Source: Candidatus Krumholzibacteriia bacterium
GTDB lineage: Bacteria > Krumholzibacteriota > Krumholzibacteriia > LZORAL124-64-63
Direction: 5' to 3'
DNA: 58,045 nt
Assembly: GCA_046484865.1 (NCBI GenBank)
Contig: JAWOID010000132.1
Location: 1 to 58,045 of the forward strand
In this document: positions 29,623 to 39,019 of the stretch, piece by piece
Layout of the letters: the number at the start of each line of letters is the position of its first letter
Numbering within the stretch: position 1 is the stretch's first letter
Notes under the pieces: generated by a model
What the model was told of the DNA's origin: nothing
Database searches by the model: none
The model's input: the letters and a program-made list of their open reading frames with translations, nothing else
Position numbers and translations under genes: made by a program

Positions 29623-30890
29623 CACGGCGACTCGCTCCGGATCTTGTGGATGCGGCTGCGCTGCTCGCACGCGCGGGTGAGATAGCCTCTGGCGCGGGCA
29701 TCCTCCGGATCCACCGCCAGCGCCCGCTGCCAGTCCCGGACGGCGCCGTCCACGTCGTTGGCGGAGAACGCGGACATGCCGCGGACTAGGTACTCACGCT
29801 TGAGATGCTCGACCACGTCGGCGTGGGCCGGGTCCAGCGACCAGGCTCGCTCCCAGCAGCCGACCGCCTCGTCCCGGCGTCCGGCGTCGACGGCGGCCAG
29901 GGCGCGACGATACAGGCGGTTCAATTCGGCGTGCCGCGCCTTCGCCTCCGGGTCGGTGGGTCGGCACTCGCCGATGAGCGACAGGTAGCAGACGGCGCCG
30001 GCGGTCCGGCTCGGGCAGGCCGCGCCGACCGGCGGCGGACCGTCCAGTCGTGCCGGGCGAACGATGCCCGTGTCCGACCAGGCCACGTAGCAGTAGTTCC
30101 TCCCGTGCTCGTTGAACTCGTCGCCGGCGCCCAGCCGGAATCCGTCGGCGGTCAACTCGGCGATGCCCTGTGAACCGGCCGGTCCGGGCGGCGCCAGTGG
30201 CAGGATCGTCTCGGGCGGAAGGGCGGCGGTCCGCGGCAGACAGGCACCCGGTTCCCGCGGCAAGATCAGCACGGCTGCCGGCCGGAACCCGAGCCCCGTG
30301 ATCTCCCGCGCCGCGGAGCCGTCGCCCACGTAGCAGGCCACGACGGCCGGCTCCTCTCGCAGGGCGACCCAGCGATAGGTCGTACCGGCGGTGTTGGCGG
30401 CGGGTTCGGGGCCGAGCACGAAGCCGTCATCCATGAAGCCGACGATCCGGCCGACGCGCAGACAGTCCGTCCGCGGGCACGGCCGGGCAACGCTCGGCGC
30501 CGGGGCGGCGGTAAGGTCGCCGGCGGGATTCGCGTCGTCCTGATGGACGATGACCGCGACGGGGCGGAAGCCCGTGCCGTCGACGACCCGCAGACCCGCG
30601 CCGTCTCCCACGTAGCTTCCGGCGGTTGCCAGCTCGCGTGCCCCCGCCGACGTCACCGGCGACAGCAGGAACGCGAGCAGGACCGGGAGCGTGAGCAGGA
30701 GCAGGAACGCGAGTCTCGTCGGGAGCGCCGCCGGCAGAGCGGGCGGAGCTGCGGCCAGTCCCGCGGCCGGCGCCCCGGGCAGTGCTGCCACCGGCGCTGC
30801 GGGCAGAGCTACGGCCGGCGCCGGCACGCGGCACGAGGCCGCGTCCCGGCACGCAGTGTGGCAGGAGTGGAGGCGATGTGGGCGAGCCAT
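29622..30890 (-). CDS. Hypothetical exported protein: two repeated YVGDG modules plus C-terminal TPRs (start uncertain)
   Basis: The GSYVGDG..GFRP..DGF..Y.WVA module appears twice. TPR helices WERAWSLDP and WQRALAVDP. Abuts the HD-GYP start. Confidence 0.6.
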
Positions 30891-31071
30891 CCTGGTCCCT
30901 TGGTCGGATCGCGACGGGTCCAGCGCAGGCAGAGGGGGGGCTGCCGCGCCATCGTGAATGCCAGTGCCCTTGAAATATCGCCACGATTCTGCAACGGTTT
31001 AGCCCGACCACAGCCGTCGCGAGCCTGGACGGTCGCGGCGGCGGCCCGGAGGCGACGAGAGGAGGGCGGAC

Positions 31072-32217
31072 GTGCGCGCCATGGTTCTGGACCGGGTCGG
31101 TTCGCCCCTGCAGTTGCGCGAGCTGCCGGAGCCTGCTCCCGGGCCAGGTGAGGTGCTCCTCGCCGTGCACGCCTGCGGCGTCTGCCGGACCGATCTGCAC
31201 GTCGTGGACGGCGACCTGCCCGACCCGCGCCTCCCGCTGGTGCCGGGCCACCAGGTGGTGGGCACGGTGCTGGCCATGGGGCCGGACGCGGACCGGCTCG
31301 CGGGCGCCGCCGGAGCCGACGCGGCGCACCGCGGAGCCGACGCGGCGCACACCGCAGCCGAGAGTTCCCTGCCCGCCGGACTCGCGGTGGGCGACCGCGT
31401 GGGCGTGCCCTGGCTGGGCGGCAGCTGCGGTCGATGCCGCTTCTGTCGGGAAGGGCGCGAGAATCTCTGCGCCGCGGCCGTGTACACCGGCTACCAGCGC
31501 GACGGCGGGTTCGGCGAGCGGTGCGTGGCCGACGCGCGCTACTGCTTCCCGCTGCCCGGCGGCTATCCGGACTCGCAGGTGGCTCCGCTGCTCTGCGCCG
31601 GTCTCATCGGCTATCGCTCGTATCGCATGGCCGGGCCCGCGCGGCGGCTGGGCTTCTACGGCTTCGGCGCGGCGGCCCATATCATCATCCAGCTGGCGCG
31701 GCACGAGGGACGCGAGGTCCACGCCTTCAGCCGTCCCGGCGACCTCGAAGGCCAGGCGTTCGCCCGCGACATGGGTGCGGTCTGGGCAGGCGGCTCCGAC
31801 GAGAAACCTCCGCAGCCGCTGGATGCGGCGATCATCTTCGCCCCGGTCGGCGCGCTCGTACCCGCCGCCCTGGCGGCGGTGGAACGCGGCGGCACGGTGG
31901 TCTGCGCCGGCATCCACATGTCCGACATCCCCGCGTTCCCCTACTCGCTGCTGTGGGAGGAGCGCCGCCTGGTGTCGGTGGCGAATCTCACGCGCCGGGA
32001 CGGAGAGGAGTTCCTGGCGCTCGCCCCCGGGGTTCCCGTGCGCACCCGGGTGCACCCGTACCCCCTCGAGCGTGCGAACGACGCTCTGGACGACCTGAGG
32101 CACGGGCGATTCGAGGGCGCGGCGGTGATCGTCGTGCAACCAGAGCCGGAGCAGGAATCGCCGGAACGCAGTCGGCGGACGCACAAGGGTGGGGAACCGG
32201 ACGTGTCAGGCCGGTGA
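31072..32217 (+). CDS. Zinc-binding alcohol dehydrogenase family protein
   Basis: Motifs CGVCRTDLH, PGHQ, CGRCRFC..C and GFYGFG. Confidence 0.92.
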   Translation: MRAMVLDRVGSPLQLRELPEPAPGPGEVLLAVHACGVCRTDLHVVDGDLPDPRLPLVPGHQVVGTVLAMGPDADRLAGAAGADAAHRGADAAHTAAESSLPAGLAVGDRVGVPWLGGSCGRCRFCREGRENLCAAAVYTGYQRDGGFGERCVADARYCFPLPGGYPDSQVAPLLCAGLIGYRSYRMAGPARRLGFYGFGAAAHIIIQLARHEGREVHAFSRPGDLEGQAFARDMGAVWAGGSDEKPPQPLDAAIIFAPVGALVPAALAAVERGGTVVCAGIHMSDIPAFPYSLLWEERRLVSVANLTRRDGEEFLALAPGVPVRTRVHPYPLERANDALDDLRHGRFEGAAVIVVQPEPEQESPERSRRTHKGGEPDVSGR

Positions 32218-32345
32218 ACGGACGGCGAGCCAGATCCGTGAACCAAAGGCCCGGTTCAGGCGGCAGTCCGCGACGATCTGCGCGAGAGGCCTGAGGGGAG
32301 GGGGAGGGGCTCGTCGGGCGGTCCGGTGCCGCCCCGGAATCCTGC

Positions 32346-32639
32346 TCAGCGAGGTTCGGTCACACCGGTGGCGTCGGACTCCGCAGCCTCGGCACCGCTG
32401 CCGTCGACGGTGTCGTCGTCAGCGTCTTCGTCATCCGCATCATCCGCGTCGTCGTCCACCTCGGCGGGCAGTTCCACCACGTTCCCGAACTCGTCCAGCG
32501 TGACGATGGGCTCGTCGGGCAACTCGCCGGCTTCCTTGGCGGCCTTGCGGTCGGCTCTCGCCTGCCGCTTGGCTTCCTTCTTCTTCCGCTTCTCGAGTTC
32601 CTTGCGACGCTTCTCGAAGGAGAAATGGGAGCGCGCCAA
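32346..32639 (-). CDS. Small hypothetical protein (basic N-terminus, acidic C-terminus)
   Basis: MARSHFSFEKRRKELEKRKKKEAKR followed by a D/E-rich tail. TTG start, downstream of the RRM gene. Confidence 0.6.
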   Translation of the reverse strand: MARSHFSFEKRRKELEKRKKKEAKRQARADRKAAKEAGELPDEPIVTLDEFGNVVELPAEVDDDADDADDEDADDDTVDGSGAEAAESDATGVTEPR

Positions 32640-32670
32640 CGGCTCGACCTTCCGTTCAAATCATAAAGGC

Positions 32671-32705
32671 ACGGGACCCCGCCCCCGGCGGAAGCAGGGT
32701 CCCGT
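32671..32705 (-). terminator. Hairpin downstream of the RRM gene
   Basis: acgggaccc...gggtcccgt inverted repeat. Confidence 0.55.
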
Positions 32706-32739
32706 TCGAATCACACGACGGTGACCCGGCTCGGGTCAA

Positions 32740-33084
32740 CTACCAGCCACGGCCTCCGCCGCCACCGTAGCCGCCGCCGCCACGGCCGCCGCCGCCGCCG
32801 CCGAAGCCACCGCGACCGCCGCCACCACCACCGCCGCCGCTGCGACGATCCTGGGCCTCGTTCACCCGCAGTGCGCGGCCATCCATCTCGGTGCCGTCCA
32901 GGGCGGACATCGCAGCCATGGCCGCGCTGTCATCCATCTCGACGAAACCGAAGCCGCGCGGGCGGCCGGTCTCACGGTCGGTGATCAGTGCCACCGAATG
33001 CACGGTGCCGTGCTTGCCGAACTCGTTGCGGATCTGGTCCTCGGTCGCGGTGAAAGGCAGGTTACCAACGTACAGCTTCTTCAC
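32740..33084 (-). CDS. RNA-binding protein (single RRM, Gly-rich tail)
   Basis: RNP2 LYVGNL, RNP1 RGFGFVEM, and G/R-rich tail. Confidence 0.95.
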   Translation of the reverse strand: MKKLYVGNLPFTATEDQIRNEFGKHGTVHSVALITDRETGRPRGFGFVEMDDSAAMAAMSALDGTEMDGRALRVNEAQDRRSGGGGGGGGRGGFGGGGGGRGGGGYGGGGGRGW

Positions 33085-33622
33085 GTTCTCTCCATCTCCA
33101 GTGCCGGCTCCCCGGCTCGTTCGGACCCTCGGGTGCTCCGACGTCTTTCGGAGCGCCCCCGAGGGGCCGCTAGTCAGTCCGACATCGCCGTCGGACTCGA
33201 TCCCCCGACGATCAGGGGAAGCTCACGTACAGCGCCGGCCGTTAGATCTCTGGATCCCTGCTTGCACGGGGCTTCGAGAACGCAGTGCGCTGGCATGCAC
33301 GACAAGTGGTACCGCGGGGCTTCGACCATCGAAGCCGACCGCCGAGATCTGGTAAGGATAGTACACCTTGCACCAATCCACCAGCGAATTACGGAGGTCC
33401 GAACAGGTCGTCGAGCGCGCCCTGGACGGCGGGTCTCGTGCCGTTTCGCCTGCGGCTCTCGGCCGTGACGAAGACCAGGGGCGCCGGTGACGCGGTCGTC
33501 GTGGTGCCTCGTTCAACCGCGGAGCGCGTCGGTGGTTCCCTGTGGGCCGGAAAATGTGCCCGGGACCTCCGTCACACGGCACGAGAACACCGGGCGATCA
33601 CGGGCGTTATCAACCCGCTGGC

Positions 33623-33651
33623 TTGACGTCACGATCCGCGCCCGGTACAAT
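33623..33651 (+). promoter_or_regulatory. Sigma70-type promoter
   Basis: TTGACG-17 nt-TACAAT upstream of the first glucan-locus gene. Confidence 0.75.
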
Positions 33652-33671
33652 GTTCGGATACAGAACAAAGC
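33647..33671. promoter_or_regulatory. Putative ROK operator 1
   Basis: ACAATGTTCGGATACAGAACAAAGC, overlapping the -10 box and presumed +1. Confidence 0.72.
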
Positions 33672-33711
33672 TCGGGAACACTTCCTTGGCCGCGACGATC
33701 GGTGGTTCCAG

Positions 33712-35334
33712 ATGGTTCGCAGGACGGTCCTGACGCATTCGCTCGTGCTCTCGCTGCTGGTGTCTCTCGGGCCGCTCGGCGTGGCTGCCGCGACAGCCCA
33801 GTGCATCCTCGCGAATCCCAGCTTCGAGATGCCGGGCCAGTCCGGCGCCTCGTTCGGGGGCTGGAACCAGTTCGGCGTCGTCGGTTCGACGAGCGATGCC
33901 GACCACGGCGGGATCGCTGCTCGCGTGAGCGGCCCCGACCTCGGCGGCTGGGATGTGTCGGGCTACTGGCAACGGCTGGACGCCGAGCCGGGCGAGCAGT
34001 GGGAGGTGCGGGTCCGGGTCGCGCACCCGTCGGACCGCCCCCTGGCCGGCGAGTCGCGAGCCATCGTGAACGTCGAGTGGCGCGACTCCGGCGGCGCTCT
34101 GATCGCCTACGAATCCCACGCCGCGGCGGACGCCACCACGCCGTCCGGTCAGTACCGGGACTTCTCGGTGGCGAGCGGTCCCGCTCCGGTGGGGACGGCC
34201 GCCGTTCACCTCCTGCTGGGCGTCCTGCAGGCGCCGGACGATCCAGCACCCGACGTCCACTACGATCAGGTCACATTCTTCAGCCTGCAGTCGCCCACGA
34301 TGGACGAGTTGCAGTGGAACGACTTTCCCGGCGGCCGCACGGTCGAGTTCGGCGGCAGGAACTGGCGCGTCAAGGGCCCCGGCTACTACGGACCGGGGCC
34401 GAATCTCTTCAGCGATGACGTCGAGAGCGTCTGGGTCGACGACGACGGACGTCTCCATCTCACCAACCGGCGCATCGGCAACAGCTGGTACAGCACGGAG
34501 GTCGCCCTCGAGGAGGCACTCGGCTACGGCGACTACGTTTTCACGACGCAGGGGCCCCTCGACCAGCTCGATCCCGCCGTCGTGTTCGGCCTCTTCATCT
34601 GGCAATACGGGCCGTGCTACGACCCCGGCTATCTCTGGTGGAATCCGTACAACGAGATCGACGTCGAGTTCAGCCGCTGGGGGAACCCGGCCCGCGGCAT
34701 CGGTCAGTTCGTCGCCCAGCCGTACGATCATCCGGGCAACATCGAACGCTTCGATGCCGTGTTCGCTGTCGACGAGATCACCAGCCATGCGTTTCGCTGG
34801 CTGGCCGACCGTGTCGAGTTCCGGAGCTGGCGCGGCGGTCCTGCCGACGAGACGCCGGCGAACGCGATCCACACCTGGACCTACTCGGGGCCGCACATCC
34901 CACGGCCGGAGCAACCTCGCGTCCATCTGAACCTGTGGCGTTTCGACGCGCCGCCTGCCACCGATCAGGAAGTGGTCCTCGCCGGGTTCACCTTCGTACC
35001 CGCGGCCGATCCCACTCACGCGGGCGAGCGGCCGGGCCCGGATCCGCTCGCCGCGCCGGCGGCCCGGCTGGGCGCCGCCCATCCGAATCCGTTCAATCCC
35101 GGCACCAGGATCCGTTACACCCTGGACGTGAGCAGCCGGGTCGAGATCGCCGTGTACGATGTCGCCGGACGCCGGGTGCGGACCCTGGTCGACGGAACGA
35201 GGGCGGCGGGGGATCACGAGACCTTCTGGAACGGCCGGGACGAGACGGGCAGCGCCGTCGCCTCGGGTGTCTACCTGTACCGGCTGCGCAGCGGCGACGT
35301 GGTGGAGACGCGGCGCCTGTCGGTCGTGCGTTAG
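33712..35334 (+). CDS. Secreted GH16-like glycoside hydrolase with an N-terminal CBM-like domain and FlgD-Ig/T9SS-like CTD
   Basis: Signal peptide, LANPSFE CBM-like start, catalytic EIDVE, and PNPFNP...WNGRD..SGVY tail. Confidence 0.78.
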   Translation: MVRRTVLTHSLVLSLLVSLGPLGVAAATAQCILANPSFEMPGQSGASFGGWNQFGVVGSTSDADHGGIAARVSGPDLGGWDVSGYWQRLDAEPGEQWEVRVRVAHPSDRPLAGESRAIVNVEWRDSGGALIAYESHAAADATTPSGQYRDFSVASGPAPVGTAAVHLLLGVLQAPDDPAPDVHYDQVTFFSLQSPTMDELQWNDFPGGRTVEFGGRNWRVKGPGYYGPGPNLFSDDVESVWVDDDGRLHLTNRRIGNSWYSTEVALEEALGYGDYVFTTQGPLDQLDPAVVFGLFIWQYGPCYDPGYLWWNPYNEIDVEFSRWGNPARGIGQFVAQPYDHPGNIERFDAVFAVDEITSHAFRWLADRVEFRSWRGGPADETPANAIHTWTYSGPHIPRPEQPRVHLNLWRFDAPPATDQEVVLAGFTFVPAADPTHAGERPGPDPLAAPAARLGAAHPNPFNPGTRIRYTLDVSSRVEIAVYDVAGRRVRTLVDGTRAAGDHETFWNGRDETGSAVASGVYLYRLRSGDVVETRRLSVVR

Positions 35335-35381
35335 CCGCGGTTGCGGCCTGCTACCTTGACAGAGCCCACGGCCCGGTCGAT

Positions 35382-35406
35382 TCGTTGATCGGATACCGCA
35401 CAAAGT
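35382..35406. promoter_or_regulatory. Putative ROK operator 2
   Basis: TCGTTGATCGGATACCGCACAAAGT, downstream of a TTGACA at 35356. Confidence 0.62.
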
Positions 35407-35463
35407 ATGGCCAACACTGCCATCCAGCAGCCTCGGCTGCCGGGATCACCACGGAGGCGAGAC

Positions 35464-36840
35464 GTGAATCCGACCAGACGCCACCTGTCCGCCATGGCGG
35501 CGATCGCCCTTCTGACCCTCGCGGTGGGCTGCAGCGAACGGGATCCCGCCGAACTCGAGGTGGCCCGTGCCAGGATCGACCCGCTGGTGTTCGACGACGA
35601 TTACGGCGAGGACGTCTACTTCCAGGCGTTCTCCGGCACGTACCTCGAGGCGGTGAGCCTGGATTCGGTCTACGCCTACAGCGGACAGAGATCGCTGAAG
35701 ATCACGGTTCCCCCCGAGGGCTCGGCCCTCGGGGCCTACGCCGGTGGCGTCCTGACCGCCGTGGCCGCCCGTGATCTGGCGGACTTCAACGCTCTGACGT
35801 TCTATGCGCGGTCGAGCGTGAACTCCGTCCTGAACCTCGCCGGATTCGGGAATGACAACACCGGCACCTCGCCTCACGAGGCCGCCCGGTCGAACATCCC
35901 GCTCACCACCGACTGGACCTTCGTGGTCGTGCCCATCCCGGCGCCTGGCAAGCTCGTCGCCGAACGAGGGCTCTTCACGTTCGCCGAGGGCTGGGAAGCG
36001 CAGCACCCGCTCGGGCATCAGGTGTGGTTCGACGAGATCCGGTTCGCCCGCCTCGGCAACATCACCGACCCGCGCCCGGTCATGCCCTCCACGAGCAAGC
36101 AGTACTTCGTCGGCACCACGGCGAGCCTCGCGGGTACGCGGACCACCTTCGACGTGGACGGCGCCAGGGTGGCGGTCGATCACCTGCCCGGGTACTTCGA
36201 CTTCCATTCCACCGATCCGACCGTGGCGACGGTGCAGCGGGGCGCCGTCAGGATCGTCGGCGAGGGCGATGCGGTCATCACCGCCACCAGCGGCGGCATC
36301 GAGGTCCAGGGTGCCGTGACCCTGAGCGGGTACCGGCCCCCGGCCGGACCCGCCCCGGCGCCGACCCTGCCCCCGGGCCGCGTGATCTCGATGTTCAGCG
36401 ACGTCTATCAGGACGTCCCGGTCGACAGCTGGAACACGCGCTGGCAGTGGTCGACGGCAGAGGATTCCGACTACAAGGTGGACGGCGACGACACCAGGAT
36501 GTACGCCAACCTCAACTTCGTCGGCATCGAGTTCACGACCGGGACCATCGACGCCTCGGCGATGACTCATCTCCACCTGGACGTCTACGCGCCGGTGGGG
36601 ACGAATTTCCGCGTCAAGATCGTGGCGTTCAACGGTGACGGCGGGGTGGTCGTCGGCGAGTCGGAAGTGACCCTCGATGCCGGCACCACGCCGGCCTTCG
36701 TGGCGGGAACGTGGTCGTCGCTGGACATCCCGCTGGACGACTTCCAGTTCACCGTCCCCTTGACCCACGTCGGGCAACTCGTGCTCAGCACCGACGACGC
36801 GCGCCTCGTGCTGCTGGACAATCTCTACTGGCACGAATAG
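35464..36840 (+). CDS. Lipoprotein, probably a non-catalytic glycan-binding surface protein (CBM-like + Ig-like + CBM-like)
   Basis: GGAGG RBS then GTG, lipobox AVGC, beta-sandwich ends WFDEIRF and LLDNLYW. No ExDxxE motif seen. Confidence 0.72.
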   Translation: MNPTRRHLSAMAAIALLTLAVGCSERDPAELEVARARIDPLVFDDDYGEDVYFQAFSGTYLEAVSLDSVYAYSGQRSLKITVPPEGSALGAYAGGVLTAVAARDLADFNALTFYARSSVNSVLNLAGFGNDNTGTSPHEAARSNIPLTTDWTFVVVPIPAPGKLVAERGLFTFAEGWEAQHPLGHQVWFDEIRFARLGNITDPRPVMPSTSKQYFVGTTASLAGTRTTFDVDGARVAVDHLPGYFDFHSTDPTVATVQRGAVRIVGEGDAVITATSGGIEVQGAVTLSGYRPPAGPAPAPTLPPGRVISMFSDVYQDVPVDSWNTRWQWSTAEDSDYKVDGDDTRMYANLNFVGIEFTTGTIDASAMTHLHLDVYAPVGTNFRVKIVAFNGDGGVVVGESEVTLDAGTTPAFVAGTWSSLDIPLDDFQFTVPLTHVGQLVLSTDDARLVLLDNLYWHE

Positions 36841-36880
36841 CATCGGGCGCCGGAATCGGAGCGCACGAGGAGATGAGGGA

Positions 36881-38125
36881 ATGCAAGACGAGATCCTGGC
36901 CTGGAAAGGCCTGCGGCGCACGGATCCCGACCGACCGCGTCCCCTGGCCGACGCGGTGCTGCGGCTGATCTGGGAGGAGCGACGGATCTCCCGGGCGGAC
37001 ATCGCCCGCACGGCGGCGCTCTCGCGTTCCACCGTGTCCGAGATCGTCAGCGAGCTCCTGCCCACCGGTCTGGTGGCGGAAGTCGGGGAAGGGCCGTCCC
37101 GGGGCGGACGGCGGCCGATCGTGCTCGAGTTCCAGGACGATGTCTGCGTGATCCTCGGCGTCGAGATGGGAGGGTCGCACGTCTCCGTGGCGCTGACGGA
37201 CCTGCGCGGCCGGGTCGTGGCCTGGCAGCGGCGGGAGCATCCCGTCCGTTCCGACCCGCCGGGAACGCGGAGGGCCATCGCCGAACTCTGCCGGAGCTGT
37301 CTCGACGTCCCGGCGGCGGTGGGGCGGCCCCTGGTCGGAATCGGAGTCGCCGTGCCCAGCCCGGTCGATCCCTCGCAGCCGGACCGGCTCTCGACCGTCG
37401 TGCTGCCGGCCTGGATGGGGCGGCTCGGTCTCGAGGCCCTGGGTGAAGAGCACGGCGTGCCCCTGCTGGTGGACAACGACGCGAACCTGGGCGCGCTCGC
37501 GGAGCACTGGTGGGGACTGGGCGTGGGGATCGACAATCTCGCCTACATCAAGGTCGCGACCGGCCTGGGTTCCGGACACGTGATCAACGGCGAGATCTAC
37601 CGGGGGTCCACGGGAGTGGCGGGGGAGATCGGCCACATGGCGATCGATCCCCACGGAGGGCTCTGCATCTGCGGACTGAGGGGCTGCCTGGCGACTCTCG
37701 TCGGCGGCTCCGCCCTCGAGGCCCGCGCCGCCGCGCTGGCGACCGAGTTTCCCGGCAGCCCGCTGGCGAAGAGGGAGTTCACGGTCCGTGACATCGAGGA
37801 CGCTGCCCTGGCCGGCGACCCGCTCGCGCTGCAGGTGGTCCGGGAGGCGGCCCAGCATCTGGGCACGGCGATCGCGGGCCTGCTGAACCTCATGAACCCG
37901 GCCATGGTCGTGCTCGGCGGCGACTTCGCCCGGCTCGGGGAACTGGTGCTCGAACCACTGCGCAACCGGATCCGTAACCGGACTCTCGTCAGCTCGGTGG
38001 CGGCCGCGGAGATCCTGGCGAGCAAGCTCGGCCCGCAGTCGGTGGCCGTCGGCGCCGCCACCCTGGTGCTGAAGGCGGCGCTCGAGGACTCCCGGCTCTT
38101 TCCTCTGCTCCAGGTCCGCCCGTGA
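36881..38125 (+). CDS. ROK family transcriptional repressor (XylR/NagC-like)
   Basis: N-terminal wHTH (ISRADIA..LSRSTVS, GGRRP), DNDAN, GEIGH and CICGLRGC. Confidence 0.93.
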   Translation: MQDEILAWKGLRRTDPDRPRPLADAVLRLIWEERRISRADIARTAALSRSTVSEIVSELLPTGLVAEVGEGPSRGGRRPIVLEFQDDVCVILGVEMGGSHVSVALTDLRGRVVAWQRREHPVRSDPPGTRRAIAELCRSCLDVPAAVGRPLVGIGVAVPSPVDPSQPDRLSTVVLPAWMGRLGLEALGEEHGVPLLVDNDANLGALAEHWWGLGVGIDNLAYIKVATGLGSGHVINGEIYRGSTGVAGEIGHMAIDPHGGLCICGLRGCLATLVGGSALEARAAALATEFPGSPLAKREFTVRDIEDAALAGDPLALQVVREAAQHLGTAIAGLLNLMNPAMVVLGGDFARLGELVLEPLRNRIRNRTLVSSVAAAEILASKLGPQSVAVGAATLVLKAALEDSRLFPLLQVRP

Positions 38126-39000
38126 GCGCTGGCGAAAGCGCCAGGGGCCGGTCGCGAGGCTGGCGCCGGCCGCGTCGCGGGTGCGACACCGCGCACCGGT
38201 GGCTGGCTCTCTGCTGCGGGTTCGTGATCGTCGCGAGCCTGGCGGGTTGCAGCGACCAGGGCCAGGTCGAGCAATATGGGCTCACCTGGCAGGACGAGTT
38301 CGACGGTCCGGCAGGCCAGTCACCCGATCCGGAACGGTGGCAGTTCGACGTCGGCACCGACTGGGGGAACGCGCAACTGGAGTACGACACCGACCGCGCG
38401 GTGAACGTCAGCCTCGACGGCGAGGGTCACCTCGCCATCACCGCCCGCCGGGAGGACTTCGGAGGGCAGCCGTACACCTCCGGCCGCATCAAGACCAAGG
38501 GTCTCTTCGAGCAGACCCGGGGCCGTTTCGAGGCTCGGATCAAGCTGCCCGAGGGGCAAGGGATCTGGCCGGCCTTCTGGATGCTCGGCGCGGACATCGA
38601 CGAGGTGGGCTGGCCGCAGTGCGGCGAGATCGACATCATGGAATACCGTGGCCAGGAACCTCAGGTCCTGCACGGTAGTCTCCACGGCCCAGGCTACTCG
38701 GGTGCGTCCGCCATCACGAGCCGCCACGTCCTGGCGCAGGGAGGATTTCACCTGGGCTTCCACGAATTCGCCGTGGAATGGGCCGAGGGTTCGATCACCT
38801 GGCTGGTCGATGGCCACCCGTACCGCACCGTCACCCCCGCCGACCTGCCGGCCGGCGCCGACTGGGTGTTCGACCATCCGTTCTTCATCCTCCTCAACGT
38901 GGCCGTCGGGGGGCGCTGGGTCGGCGCCCCGGACGCGAGCACCACGTTCCCGCAGACCATGCTCGTGGACTGGGTGCGGGTGCACGGCGTGCTCCCCTGA
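38122..39000 (+). CDS. GH16 endo-1,3-beta-glucanase (laminarinase-like), lipoprotein
   Basis: LAGC lipobox, WQDEFDG, YTSGRI, GIWPAFWM, EIDIME and LNVAVGG. Confidence 0.92.
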   Translation: MSAGESARGRSRGWRRPRRGCDTAHRWLALCCGFVIVASLAGCSDQGQVEQYGLTWQDEFDGPAGQSPDPERWQFDVGTDWGNAQLEYDTDRAVNVSLDGEGHLAITARREDFGGQPYTSGRIKTKGLFEQTRGRFEARIKLPEGQGIWPAFWMLGADIDEVGWPQCGEIDIMEYRGQEPQVLHGSLHGPGYSGASAITSRHVLAQGGFHLGFHEFAVEWAEGSITWLVDGHPYRTVTPADLPAGADWVFDHPFFILLNVAVGGRWVGAPDASTTFPQTMLVDWVRVHGVLP

Positions 39001-39019
39001 GGTCGCCCCCTGCGGGTGA

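Noticed and set aside
33396..33406. CCGAACA half-site resembling the ROK operator
   Set aside because: It has no matching left half and is not counted as an operator.
35407..35463. ATG at 35407 as the lipoprotein start
   Set aside because: It abuts the operator with no RBS. The GTG at 35464 has a GGAGG and gives a normal-length lipoprotein signal.
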